NCBI GenBank assembly: GCA_046758745.1
Contig: JBHIAV010000005.1
Coordinates: forward strand, 32,001 to 96,000
Origin: Gemmatimonadota bacterium
GTDB lineage: Bacteria; Gemmatimonadota; Gemmatimonadetes; Palauibacterales; Palauibacteraceae
Length of the DNA: 64,000 nucleotides
Reading direction: 5' to 3'
This document shows, in pieces, positions 8,153 to 17,208 of this stretch. A program made the translations under genes and the position numbers. How positions within the stretch are numbered: position 1 is the first letter of the stretch; the number at the start of each line of letters is the position of its first letter. The notes below the pieces were generated by a model, which was given only the letters and a program-made list of their open reading frames with translations, did not search any database and was not told where the DNA came from.

Positions 8153-9036
8153 GCCGCCTCCTCGCCCCCCAGGAGGGTCGCGGCGATCGTCGCCAGTGCC
8201 CTGCCCGCCGGACGATCGAGGGCGCCGAGCGGGTCTCCCTTCTCCGCCAGCGCGGCGCTCTCGGGATCAAGCGGGACGCGCCCGAGCAGCGGGATTCCGA
8301 ACAGCCCGGCCAGAGACTCACCGGCATCGCCTCGGAAAAGAGGCCGCACCGCTCCACACTCCGGGCAGGCGTACCCGGACATGTTCTCGATCACACCCAG
8401 GGCGGGCATGCCCCGCTCCCGGGCCTCGCGGAGGGAACGCTCCACGCTGGCGCGGGACGCGTCCGAGGGGATGGTGACGACCAATGTCCCCGAGAGGTCG
8501 GGAACGAGTTCCGCGAGGTCGATCATGCGCCCCGTACCGGGCGGAAGATCGATCAGAAGGAGATCCAGCTTCCCCCACTCCACGTCCCCCAGGAACTCGC
8601 GCAGTGCCCCCTGCTCCTGCGCTCCCCGCCACACGAAGCTCTCCGAGGCGGGCTCCTTCCAGGCGAGAGGTCGTCCCGCCTCCAGAAGCAGCTCCATCGA
8701 CATGACCCGCACTCCCGCCGGGCTCACCGCCGGCACCACCGCCGATTGCTCCACGCGGAGCTCTCCCGGCGACACCCCCGACAGGCGGGCGGCCGTCGGG
8801 CCGTGAAGGTCGGCGTCGAGCAACCCGACCCGGGCCCCTGCGCGAGCGGATTGGGCGGCCAGCAGGGCTGCCACGAAGCTCTTCCCGACCCCGCCCTTTC
8901 CGCTCATCACGGCCACACAGCGTTCCACCAGCTCGAGGCGCCGGCGCACTTTTTCGCGCTGCGCGGTCACCTGAGCGACGAGGTCGGACCGGTCCCGGCC
9001 GAGGAGCTCCGAGTAGGTGCGGAAACCGATCGTCAC
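8149..9036 (-). CDS. Mrp/ApbC/Nbp35 family P-loop ATPase (Fe-S cluster carrier)
   Basis: SGKGGVGKS, LLDADLHGP, WRG, DLPPGTG, ENMSGYACPEC. GTG start at 9036 overlaps the upstream stop. Confidence 0.88.
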   Translation of the reverse strand: MTIGFRTYSELLGRDRSDLVAQVTAQREKVRRRLELVERCVAVMSGKGGVGKSFVAALLAAQSARAGARVGLLDADLHGPTAARLSGVSPGELRVEQSAVVPAVSPAGVRVMSMELLLEAGRPLAWKEPASESFVWRGAQEQGALREFLGDVEWGKLDLLLIDLPPGTGRMIDLAELVPDLSGTLVVTIPSDASRASVERSLREARERGMPALGVIENMSGYACPECGAVRPLFRGDAGESLAGLFGIPLLGRVPLDPESAALAEKGDPLGALDRPAGRALATIAATLLGGEEAA

Positions 9037-9530
9037 AGGTCCCAGCCGGCGCGGGCCAGCATCCACAGGTTGATGAGCACGACGACCACGGCCGTCACGT
9101 AGAGCGCCGCCGGGAGGCGGGCCTCCGCAACGGGCAGGAAGCCCCGCCGGACGAGGGCGGGGAGGCGGAGCGCGTGAAGGAGCCACACCGCCCGCGCGAA
9201 CCACGGATTCTGCCAGCGCCACAACCCCCAGAAGACGACGGCCACGATGGCCGCGCCGAGGAGGAGCCACACCCAGACCGCACCGCGCTCGGCCGGCAGG
9301 ACGCCGGCCCGAGCCGCGGCGATGACGGCCGCCTCGTACAGGAGTCCGACGTGCAGATAGACAAACGCCGCCTGCCGGAACTTGACGGCCCGCGCCGGCG
9401 CGTGAGGCAACCTTCGCGCCCGGCGAGCCGCCGGCTCGGCCGAACCGGGCCCGTCCGCCACCGCGCCTTCCGGACTCTCCGCCGCTCGGCTCCCCGCCAT
9501 ACTCTCTTCCGTCTGGGGTCTTTCGCTCAC
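9033..9530 (-). CDS. Hypothetical membrane protein (about 4 TM segments)
   Basis: Hydrophobic segments; translationally coupled to the Mrp gene. Confidence 0.65.
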   Translation of the reverse strand: MSERPQTEESMAGSRAAESPEGAVADGPGSAEPAARRARRLPHAPARAVKFRQAAFVYLHVGLLYEAAVIAAARAGVLPAERGAVWVWLLLGAAIVAVVFWGLWRWQNPWFARAVWLLHALRLPALVRRGFLPVAEARLPAALYVTAVVVVLINLWMLARAGWDL

Positions 9531-9712
9531 CTTACCGGTACAGCTTGCCGGGGCGCCCGCTGTTCCGCAACAGCGGCTGTCCCGCCGCGCCGCCGCGCGC
9601 TAGTTTTCTGGGTGTAGGGTGCCGCGAAGCGGCGCTTTCTCTGCCTGGGGTGCGGCGAGCCGGCACGTGGCAGTGCACACGCGTCCCGCGGCATGGAACA
9701 TGAGGAGGCGAC

Positions 9713-9916
9713 GTGTCCCTCATCGGCTTTCACAGGGTTCTGATCGGGAGCGCGATTCTCTTCTGCGCGCTCTTCGCAGTGTGGGAGGGGTGGCGATACC
9801 TGCAGGCGGGAGGCGCGGCCGAGCTCACCCTCGCCGTCGTGTTCGGAGTCCTCGCCTGCTCCCTCGCGTACTATCTGGCGAGGCTCAACCGCTTCCTCGG
9901 ACGCGAATCTTCTTGA
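9713..9916 (+). CDS. Small 2-TM membrane protein
   Basis: Strong RBS (GAGGAGG) before GTG; two hydrophobic helices. Confidence 0.65.
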   Translation: MSLIGFHRVLIGSAILFCALFAVWEGWRYLQAGGAAELTLAVVFGVLACSLAYYLARLNRFLGRESS

Positions 9917-9985
9917 GGGCGGCGCGTCCCCGGCGACCCGCCGCCCGCGCCGGGGCTGCCGACTGACCGAGGCTTCCGAGCCGGC

Positions 9986-10618
9986 GTGAGCGACGAGGTC
10001 GGCGCCGGCGGGAGTCCCGCCTGGCTCCTCGGCGCGGCGGCGCTCTTCCTCCTGCTCCTGGCGGCTCTCGTCGCGACCTCCCTGTGGCGCCGCGAACCTC
10101 CGGCCTTTCCCATCACCCACCGGACGCCTCAAGAGGCGGGAGACTCGCTCGGCCGAGGCCTCGTGACGCTCGACGCACGGGACCGGCGCGCCTGGGTGCG
10201 CTTCGACTTCTCCCGCTCCGCGGTCGTGGAGAGCGGGGAGCCGGCGGGCTGGGATGTGGCCGCTCGCCGCCATCGATTGATCGTCAACGGTGGCCAGGGC
10301 TTCGCCGGGCACGGAGGCGTGATCGAGGTCACCGGCACGCCGTACGAGGCGGTGGGCGAGGCACCCGACGAGGGGTACACGGGATCCAGGGTCACCGCGG
10401 GAGGCGACTCGGTCAACTCCGTCTTCGACGGCTGGTACCGCTACGGCTTCTTCTCTCACCTGCTCGAGCCGAAGCCGGCCACGTACATCGTGCGAACGGC
10501 AGACGGAAGATATGCGAAGCTGCGCATCCTCAGCTACTACTGTCCGGGAGCGGAGCCCGGCTGCCTCACCTTCGAGTACAGCTACCAGGGAGCGGGCGGA
10601 ACGAGGCTGGCGCCCTAG
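9986..10618 (+). CDS. HmuY-like heme-binding protein with N-terminal membrane anchor
   Basis: LDARD..WVRFDFS, WDVAARRHRLIVNGG and WYRY...YIVRTADGRYAKLRILSYY resemble HmuY family motifs. Confidence 0.75.
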   Translation: MSDEVGAGGSPAWLLGAAALFLLLLAALVATSLWRREPPAFPITHRTPQEAGDSLGRGLVTLDARDRRAWVRFDFSRSAVVESGEPAGWDVAARRHRLIVNGGQGFAGHGGVIEVTGTPYEAVGEAPDEGYTGSRVTAGGDSVNSVFDGWYRYGFFSHLLEPKPATYIVRTADGRYAKLRILSYYCPGAEPGCLTFEYSYQGAGGTRLAP

Positions 10619-11121
10619 TCGTCCGACAGCTCCCTGATGCGAGTCACCAGGCGCGAGGTCGAGCGTTCCGGCACAAGCGGGAGCACGTGCACCTCGCCAC
10701 CCGCCGCGAGCACGTCGGGGCCGCCCACGATCTCCTGTGGTCCGTAGTCGCTCCCTTTTACAAGCACGTCGGGGAGCAGCTTCCGGATCAGCTCGAGCGG
10801 CGTGTCCTCGTCGAACACGGTGACAGCGTCCACGCAGCGGAGCGCGGCGAGGATCACCGCCCGGTCCCCCGCCGTCTGGAACGGCCTGCCTCTTCCCTTG
10901 ACCCGGCGCGCCGAGGCATCCGAGTTCACTGCCACCACGAGTCGATCACCCAGGCGGCGAGCCTCCTCGAGACACCGGATGTGCCCGGCGTGCAGGAGGT
11001 CGAACACCCCGTTCGTGAAGACGAGCCGGTGGTCGCGAGGCCTTCCGTACGTCGCGCACAGCGCCGGCCGGGCGAGCACGCGCCCCATGCCCGGTACGCG
11101 GCGTTCCTCGCCGCCCCTCAC
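10615..11121 (-). CDS. rfaE2: D-glycero-beta-D-manno-heptose 1-phosphate adenylyltransferase (RfaE domain II / HldC)
   Basis: LVFTNGVFDLLHAGH, VAVNSDASARRVKG, PDVLVKGSDY, STS. Confidence 0.9.
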   Translation of the reverse strand: MRGGEERRVPGMGRVLARPALCATYGRPRDHRLVFTNGVFDLLHAGHIRCLEEARRLGDRLVVAVNSDASARRVKGRGRPFQTAGDRAVILAALRCVDAVTVFDEDTPLELIRKLLPDVLVKGSDYGPQEIVGGPDVLAAGGEVHVLPLVPERSTSRLVTRIRELSDD

Positions 11122-12074
11122 CTCGGGTCCCTCGCACGGCGCCCGAGCAGCTCTCCCGCTCCTCGCTCGAGGAGTCGTTCGGCGAGCGCCCTCCCGATCG
11201 CCGCCGGCTCGAACGCCGAGCCGGAGAGCGCATCTCGGATGGCGACCCGCCCGTCGGGCGAGAAGACGGCGGCGGCGGCGCGCAGGCGCGGCCCCTCCAC
11301 CTCCGCGAATGCCCCAACCGGGATCTGGCACCCCCCTCCGAGCGCTGCCAGCAGGCTCCGCTCGCACTCGACCGCGGTCCTCGCTTCCCGGCTCTCGATC
11401 GCCGCCAGCAGGCGAGCCGACTCTTCGTCCGAGGCCCGTGCCTCCACGCCGAGGGCGCCCTGCCCCACGGCCGGGAGCCATTCCGGCGGTTCGAGCCGGG
11501 CGAGATGCCGGTGCGGGAGGCCAAGCCGCCGCAGTCCGGCCGCCGCCAGGATGATCGCGTCGTACTCCCCGTCCCGACACTTGCGAAGGCGGGTTTCGAC
11601 GTTCCCCCTGATGCTCCGAACCTCGCAGTCCGGCCGCCGGGCCAAGAGCTGCGCGACGCGCCTCAGGGAGGAGGTGCCGAGCACGCTACCTGCCGGAAGA
11701 TCCTCGAGTCCTCCCCTTCCCTCCCGGCGGATGAGCAGGTCGGCTGCGTCCGAGCGCTCTGGAACGCATGCCAGGCAGAGCCCCGCCGCCAGGTCGGTCG
11801 GGAGATCTTTGAGGGAGTGCACCGCGGCGTCGATCTCCCCCCGCAGGATCCGCCTCTCCAGCTCGGCGGTGAAGAGACCCTTGCCGCCGATCTCGGGAAG
11901 CGGTCGATCGATCGATCGATCCCCCTCGGTCTCCACGCCGACGATCTCCACGACGAGACCGGGCCAGGCCGTCCGCACCCGCTCGGCGACGACCTCGCTC
12001 TGGGCCATAGCGAGCCGCGACCGGCGCGAGCCGATGATGAACCGGGAACGGGAGAGCTCTGGCATGGCCGCCAT
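11118..12074 (-). CDS. hemC: Hydroxymethylbilane synthase
   Basis: GSRRSRLAMAQ, GGKGLFT, AVHSLKDLP, GTSSLRR, IRGNVETRL, GGCQIP. Confidence 0.95.
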   Translation of the reverse strand: MAAMPELSRSRFIIGSRRSRLAMAQSEVVAERVRTAWPGLVVEIVGVETEGDRSIDRPLPEIGGKGLFTAELERRILRGEIDAAVHSLKDLPTDLAAGLCLACVPERSDAADLLIRREGRGGLEDLPAGSVLGTSSLRRVAQLLARRPDCEVRSIRGNVETRLRKCRDGEYDAIILAAAGLRRLGLPHRHLARLEPPEWLPAVGQGALGVEARASDEESARLLAAIESREARTAVECERSLLAALGGGCQIPVGAFAEVEGPRLRAAAAVFSPDGRVAIRDALSGSAFEPAAIGRALAERLLERGAGELLGRRARDPR

Positions 12075-13687
12075 CAGAGAACCCGCCCCGGAAGGCGGCC
12101 GGGCCTACGGGCCGCGGCCACCGCCTCCCGCAGGTCCTTTCGCTGGAAGAGGATCTTGAGGAAGGGCGGCACGATGAAGGTGGAGAGAATCACCATGATG
12201 AGGATCGCGCTGTACACCGCGTTCGACAGGATCCCCGCCGTGAGACCGATCGAAGCGAAGATGAGCCCCACCTCACCCCGCGGGATCATCCCCACCCCCA
12301 CCAGCAGCTTGCTGGTGTCCCGCCGCCGCACCGCCAGACCGGATACGATCTTTCCGATGACCGCGATCACGGTGAGGATGAGGCCGACTGCCAGGACGGC
12401 CAGATCGAAGTCGTCCGATCCGGGAATGAACAGCTTCACGTTCACAGGCGCGCCCACCGCCACGAAGAAGATCGGGGTGAACACGTCGGCCACCGGCTCG
12501 ATCCGCTCCACCACCGCGTCGAACTGGTTCGTCGAGGAGAGCACGATCCCGGCGGCGAACGCTCCGATGATCATTGCGGATCCCGCCCAGTCGGCCAGCG
12601 CCGCCACCCCGAGCGCGAAACAGAAGGCCGTAACGAGCAGAACGCCGCGCACACGCATGCGATCCACGTAGTTGAACAGCGCCGGTGCGAACCGATTCCC
12701 GATCACCACGGCGAGGACGAGGAAGCCGACCGCGAAGAGGAAGATCTTCCCGATCGACAGGACGCCGACGGCGACGCCGCCCGCGAGCCCCGATACGACG
12801 GCGAGGATCACGATGCCCATCACGTCGTCGATGACCGCCGCCCCGATGATGATGCGCGCCTCGGGGGTACTCATCTTCTTGAGGTCCGCCAGGACGCGCG
12901 CGGTGATGCCGACGGAGGTGGCCGTGAGCGTCGCACCCACGAAGACGGCGACGATGGCGAAGGTGATTCCCTGCGGGTGGGCCCCGATACCGGGATTGAT
13001 CATGTACCAGTAGAGAAAGCCGAGCCCGAAGGGCACGACGACGCCGACCGTCGCGACGGAGAAGGCGGTCGGGCCCACATGGAACATCTCCTTGAGGTCC
13101 GTCTCGAGCCCGATCTCGAAGAGGAGGATCGCCACTCCGATCTCGGCGAAGATCTGGACGATCTCCCCGGTGGGTGTGTCGAACGGCGGCACGACCCCGA
13201 GCAGGCTGCTGCCGAGGACCACCCCGGCGACCAGCTCGCCGAGCACCGCCGGCTGTCCGCGCCGCTCCGCGAACTCGCCGAACAGCTTCCCGAGAAGGAG
13301 AATGGCGATGAGGACAAAGAAGACGTCGCGGACCCTCAGCCCGTCTTCCGCCTCTCCCGTCGAGTCGTGCGCGTTCTGCAGCGCCGGCCGGCCGGCCTCC
13401 CGGGCCGTTTCCGTCAGCCCGGCCCCGGTGTCCGCGCCCCCCCTTACCCCTTCCGCTCCCCGCCCCCGGCTCCTCGGTTCCGCGGTCCGGATCGCCCCGG
13501 GTGTGCCTCCGGCCGCTCGCCCCGTGCCTGCCGCGCCGGCGAGCAGCGGAGCCGGGGAGACAGGCGCTTCGCCCCCCGCCCGGCCCGCTCCGCCCGCGAT
13601 GACGAAGCACAAGCCGAGCGCGACGAGGCCGCGTCGCCAGAGCCTCCGGGTGCTCGCGCGCCGGCCTCGCCCCCTGCCGACTCTCAC
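12074..13687 (-). CDS. Cation:proton antiporter (CPA2/NapA family)
   Basis: GELVAG, LLFEIGLET, ATSVGITARVL, GAAVIDD, GMIPRGEVGL. Start uncertain. Confidence 0.9.
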   Translation of the reverse strand: MRVGRGRGRRASTRRLWRRGLVALGLCFVIAGGAGRAGGEAPVSPAPLLAGAAGTGRAAGGTPGAIRTAEPRSRGRGAEGVRGGADTGAGLTETAREAGRPALQNAHDSTGEAEDGLRVRDVFFVLIAILLLGKLFGEFAERRGQPAVLGELVAGVVLGSSLLGVVPPFDTPTGEIVQIFAEIGVAILLFEIGLETDLKEMFHVGPTAFSVATVGVVVPFGLGFLYWYMINPGIGAHPQGITFAIVAVFVGATLTATSVGITARVLADLKKMSTPEARIIIGAAVIDDVMGIVILAVVSGLAGGVAVGVLSIGKIFLFAVGFLVLAVVIGNRFAPALFNYVDRMRVRGVLLVTAFCFALGVAALADWAGSAMIIGAFAAGIVLSSTNQFDAVVERIEPVADVFTPIFFVAVGAPVNVKLFIPGSDDFDLAVLAVGLILTVIAVIGKIVSGLAVRRRDTSKLLVGVGMIPRGEVGLIFASIGLTAGILSNAVYSAILIMVILSTFIVPPFLKILFQRKDLREAVAAARRPGRLPGRVL

Positions 13688-13746
13688 GGCCTACCGGGTC
13701 CGCTCGCCCGGCCGGGCTCCGCCGCGGACGGTCCGGCCGCGAGCGC

Positions 13747-14253
13747 TTACCACTGGGACTGCGCCCCGTCCACGATCTTCTGGATGAGGTTCTCGAGCGC
13801 CAGCTGCTGACCCTCGTCCTCCGTCTCCGTCTCGGGGTCGTACTCGCCCACGCCGGTCACCGAGGGAGCGTTCCAGATCACCTCGTTGCGCTGCAGGTCG
13901 ATGATCTCCACACGGGCCCGAATCGTGATCCGCCGCTGGAACACGTCGGCTCCGACATCCTCGCGAGCCTCGAAGTTCAGCGCGCGGTCGGCGTACCCGG
14001 TGATGGTCGCGCGGATCACGGAGTCCGCGTCCCCCTCCGAGGCGAGCTGCACACCTAGGCGACCGCGCGCGGCGTCGAGAAGACCCTGAGTGAGCTGTTC
14101 CGTGAGGGTGAAGCGGGTCGTCTGATTCTCGACCGGAGGGACGAACATGGTGTGGACATGCGAGGGAAGGCCCCCTCCCCCGGAGAAGGTGTAGTTGCAG
14201 CCGGCCAGAGCGAGGACGAGAGCGAGCCGGCTAACGCGAAGACGTGAGCTCAT
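13747..14253 (-). CDS. lptE: LPS assembly lipoprotein LptE-like
   Basis: Lipobox LAGC followed by NYTFSGGGGLPSH..FVPPVENQT. Confidence 0.75.
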   Translation of the reverse strand: MSSRLRVSRLALVLALAGCNYTFSGGGGLPSHVHTMFVPPVENQTTRFTLTEQLTQGLLDAARGRLGVQLASEGDADSVIRATITGYADRALNFEAREDVGADVFQRRITIRARVEIIDLQRNEVIWNAPSVTGVGEYDPETETEDEGQQLALENLIQKIVDGAQSQW

Positions 14254-15019
14254 AGATCTCTTTCGGGTGAGGCGCGGTGGCCCGTACTTTCCCCATCTCC
14301 CATCTAACGCGGCTCCGGGCGGCGAGGTCCCGATACTCGGCTCTGCGGGGCCACTCCCCCTCGGCATGCCACTCGACGACTACCCTCCGGAGAGTGCGGC
14401 CGGCTCTTCGCTGCTCGAGCCGTCGCAGGCGTCCCTCGCGCAGGAAGAAGTACGTGGTCTCGCTCCGGTCGTTCCCATACACCAGCACCTCGTCCTCTCC
14501 GGAAACGTATCCGCGGGTCGGCTCCGGGGCGGCCGGCCGGAAGATGCCGGCCATCGCGTACAGGAATGGCGGGGACGGCAACTCGACATCCTCGATCTCG
14601 CCGAGGGTGGCGAGGGAATCGCCCGCCAGGGAGACGGCGAGGGCCAGGTCGCCGGAGGTGAACAGGTCCAGTCGCAGGCTGTCGGGGGGGTTGAAGCGCG
14701 CGATCCCCTCCCCTTCCACCCGCCCGCGGCGGTCGCCGTACCGCCACTCGAATCGCACCGTCGCCGGCGTCACCGCACCGCCGAGGGAAGCCCGACGGAC
14801 CACGGCCACGGGATCGTCGAGAGGCGGGCCCGTCCCGACAAACCCGGTACAGCCGGTCGCCGTCAACACGCTCGCCACCAGCGCCCCGACCCGAAAGCGG
14901 TCCCGGGGGGGCAAAAAGCCCGGAAGGCACGGGCGCTGACGCAGGGGGGCGAGCAGAGGAAGGGGGCCGCGACAGCTCATCCGGAGCGACCATCCGGGCG
15001 GCGGCCGCTCAGCTCGCAT
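14231..15019 (-). CDS. Hypothetical lipoprotein-like protein (beta-rich, possibly LolA/LolB-like fold)
   Basis: LTATGC lipobox-like motif, PPDSLRLDLF; coupled to its neighbours. Start uncertain. Confidence 0.5.
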   Translation of the reverse strand: MRAERPPPGWSLRMSCRGPLPLLAPLRQRPCLPGFLPPRDRFRVGALVASVLTATGCTGFVGTGPPLDDPVAVVRRASLGGAVTPATVRFEWRYGDRRGRVEGEGIARFNPPDSLRLDLFTSGDLALAVSLAGDSLATLGEIEDVELPSPPFLYAMAGIFRPAAPEPTRGYVSGEDEVLVYGNDRSETTYFFLREGRLRRLEQRRAGRTLRRVVVEWHAEGEWPRRAEYRDLAARSRVRWEMGKVRATAPHPKEIYELTSSR

Positions 15020-15467
15020 GCTCCGCCGGCCGGGCAGCGCCGTCGGCTCGCGCGAGCTCCTCCAACGCCTTCCGCAGCTCGGCCGGCATTCGCCGCGGTC
15101 TCCCCGCGACGTCCGTGCACACCAGGTCGGTGGATGCGCGGGCGAGAAGCTCCCCGTCGGAACTCCGCAACACGTCGTACAGGAAGGTCACGGAGCGACT
15201 GCGCACGGCGCTGACTCGCGTCTCGACGGCCACGAGCTCCTCGTACTCCGCTCCCCGTCGGTACTCGACCTCCAGGCGGGAGACGGGCAGGAGGATTCCT
15301 CTCCTTTCCAGCTCCGCGTACGAGATGCCGCTCTCCCGCATCAGGGCGGTGCGACCCAGCTCGCACCAGACCACGTAGGCTCCGTGATGTGCCCTTCGCA
15401 TCTGGTCTGTCTCGGCGTAGCGAACCCGAACTTCGACCCGCCCGCCGCATTTCGCCTCGTCTCTCAT
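15009..15467 (-). CDS. Acyl-CoA thioesterase (YbgC/4HBT family)
   Basis: VRVRYAETDQM..AHHGAYVVWCELGRT. Confidence 0.88.
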   Translation of the reverse strand: MRDEAKCGGRVEVRVRYAETDQMRRAHHGAYVVWCELGRTALMRESGISYAELERRGILLPVSRLEVEYRRGAEYEELVAVETRVSAVRSRSVTFLYDVLRSSDGELLARASTDLVCTDVAGRPRRMPAELRKALEELARADGAARPAEHAS

Positions 15468-15630
15468 CGGCCTGAACAGAGGGAGATCCCCTCGCCTCGC
15501 GCAAGGGGCGGGGAGCGAGGGACGCTCCGCGCGTGCCCGGCGACGACATGCACCGGTCCCGCCCGCGCCGAACACCGGGACGTCGGCGGCCGCCTTTCCG
15601 GTCTCCGGGGCGGGGATCTATGTTTCATCG

Positions 15631-16365
15631 GTGGATCCGATCACGCTGGTCACCTCGGACGCACATCTCGGCGAGGTGTCCGCCGAGAACGAGGCGGCGT
15701 TTCACGCCTTCCTCCGGCACGCCGCGGGCGCCGCCGGCGAGCTCCTGATCAACGGCGACTTGTTCGACTTCTGGTTCGAATACCGCTCCGTCGTGCTTCG
15801 CCGTCATTTCATGACCCTGCGTCTTCTGGCCGACCTGGTGGACGCGGGGGTGCGGGTGCGCCTGGTAGGCGGCAATCACGACGCGTGGGGCGGGCCCTTC
15901 CTGACCGAGGAGATCGGGATGGAGCTCATCCAGGGTCCCGTGGTGACATCGGTCGGCGGACGCCTCGCCTACCTGGCACACGGCGACGGGCTGGCGGAGG
16001 GTGACTGGGGGTACCGCGGGCTCAAGCGGGTGATCCGGAGCCGGGGTGCTCGGAAGCTCTTTCGGCTCGTTCATCCGGACCTGGCGACGCGTCTGGTGCG
16101 CCGTGTGAGCCGCACGCAAGAGAGGCGGGCTGATGGCCCGCGGGACGATCTCCGTCGCGCCGAGCTCCTCTCATCGCACGCCGAGGCGATCCTCGAGGAA
16201 CGACCCGAACTGGAGCTAGTGATCTTCGGTCACGCGCACCGTCCTGAGCTCCGCGAGATAGCTCCAGGCCGGCACTACCTGAATCCCGGCGACTGGATCC
16301 ATCATTGCAGTTACGCGGTGGTGAGCCCGGAGCGGATCGAGCTCAAGCGGTGGAATCCACGCTGA
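15631..16365 (+). CDS. lpxH: UDP-2,3-diacylglucosamine hydrolase (LpxH-like metallophosphoesterase)
   Basis: SDAHLG, GDLFDFWFEY, GNHD, AHGDG, FGHAH, NPGDW. Confidence 0.85.
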   Translation: MDPITLVTSDAHLGEVSAENEAAFHAFLRHAAGAAGELLINGDLFDFWFEYRSVVLRRHFMTLRLLADLVDAGVRVRLVGGNHDAWGGPFLTEEIGMELIQGPVVTSVGGRLAYLAHGDGLAEGDWGYRGLKRVIRSRGARKLFRLVHPDLATRLVRRVSRTQERRADGPRDDLRRAELLSSHAEAILEERPELELVIFGHAHRPELREIAPGRHYLNPGDWIHHCSYAVVSPERIELKRWNPR

Positions 16366-17203
16366 CCTTCTCGAGGTGGTCGATCTCGCCACCCAGAAAC
16401 CTGCTCGCCAAGCTGCCGAAGCGTTCCGCGTCGTCCGTCACGAAGTAGCGCCCTGCCACTGCACGACCTTCGGGTGCGAGCAGTCCCGCGCCGGCCAGGG
16501 ATCTCGCCACATGGTCCGCCGTCGCCTCCGCCGAGTCGATGAGTGTCACGGTCGGCCCCGCCACGTCCGCCAGAAGGGGCTTGAGGAGCGGGTAGTGGGT
16601 GCAGCCGAGGACGAGCGTGTCGATGCCCCGATCGAGAAGCGGCCGCAGGTAGTGCTCGGCCGTGAGACGCGCCACCTCGCCCGCCGTCCATCCCTCCTCC
16701 ACGAGCGGCACGAAGAGAGGACACGGGGCCGCGACGATCTCCGCCTCCGGCCGCCAGGAGCGGATGGCGCTCTCGTAAGCCCCGCTCTCGATCGTCCCCT
16801 GTGTGCCGATGACGCCGATCCGCCCGCTCGGCGAGTCGGTCGCCGCCCGTCTGGCACCGGGCTCGACTACGCCGATCACCGGTACCCGGGCGCGCTCTCC
16901 GATCACGGCCAACGCGTGCGCGCTGGCGGTGTTGCACGCCACCACGATCGCCTTGACCCCTCGCGCGACCAGGAAATCCGCCGCCTCCGTCGAGTACCGC
17001 CGTATGGTCGAGGCCGATTTCGGACCGTATGGGAGGCGGGCCGTGTCCCCCAGATACACCGTCGACTCGTCCGGGAGGCACCGACGGATCTCCCGCAGCA
17101 CCGTGAGGCCCCCGATGCCGGAATCGAACACGCCGATCGGCGCTTCGAGGCGGAGATCCCCTCCGTTCCCGGTGACTCCGCTCGCTCCTCCCCGCGCCGC
17201 CAT
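16343..17203 (-). CDS. murI: Glutamate racemase
   Basis: IGVFDSGIGGLTV, PYGPKS, VVACNTAS, LGCTHYP. Confidence 0.95.
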   Translation of the reverse strand: MAARGGASGVTGNGGDLRLEAPIGVFDSGIGGLTVLREIRRCLPDESTVYLGDTARLPYGPKSASTIRRYSTEAADFLVARGVKAIVVACNTASAHALAVIGERARVPVIGVVEPGARRAATDSPSGRIGVIGTQGTIESGAYESAIRSWRPEAEIVAAPCPLFVPLVEEGWTAGEVARLTAEHYLRPLLDRGIDTLVLGCTHYPLLKPLLADVAGPTVTLIDSAEATADHVARSLAGAGLLAPEGRAVAGRYFVTDDAERFGSLASRFLGGEIDHLEKVSVDSTA

Positions 17204-17208
17204 CGATG

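Noticed and set aside
9914-9988. UGA of the 67-aa gene is in frame with the HmuY-like gene and followed by a hairpin (possible Sec read-through fusion)
   Set aside because: The loop is only about 12 nt from the UGA and starts with C, unlike typical bacterial SECIS elements. The context (GRESS-stop) is not a redox motif, and in-frame spacing occurs by chance one time in three.
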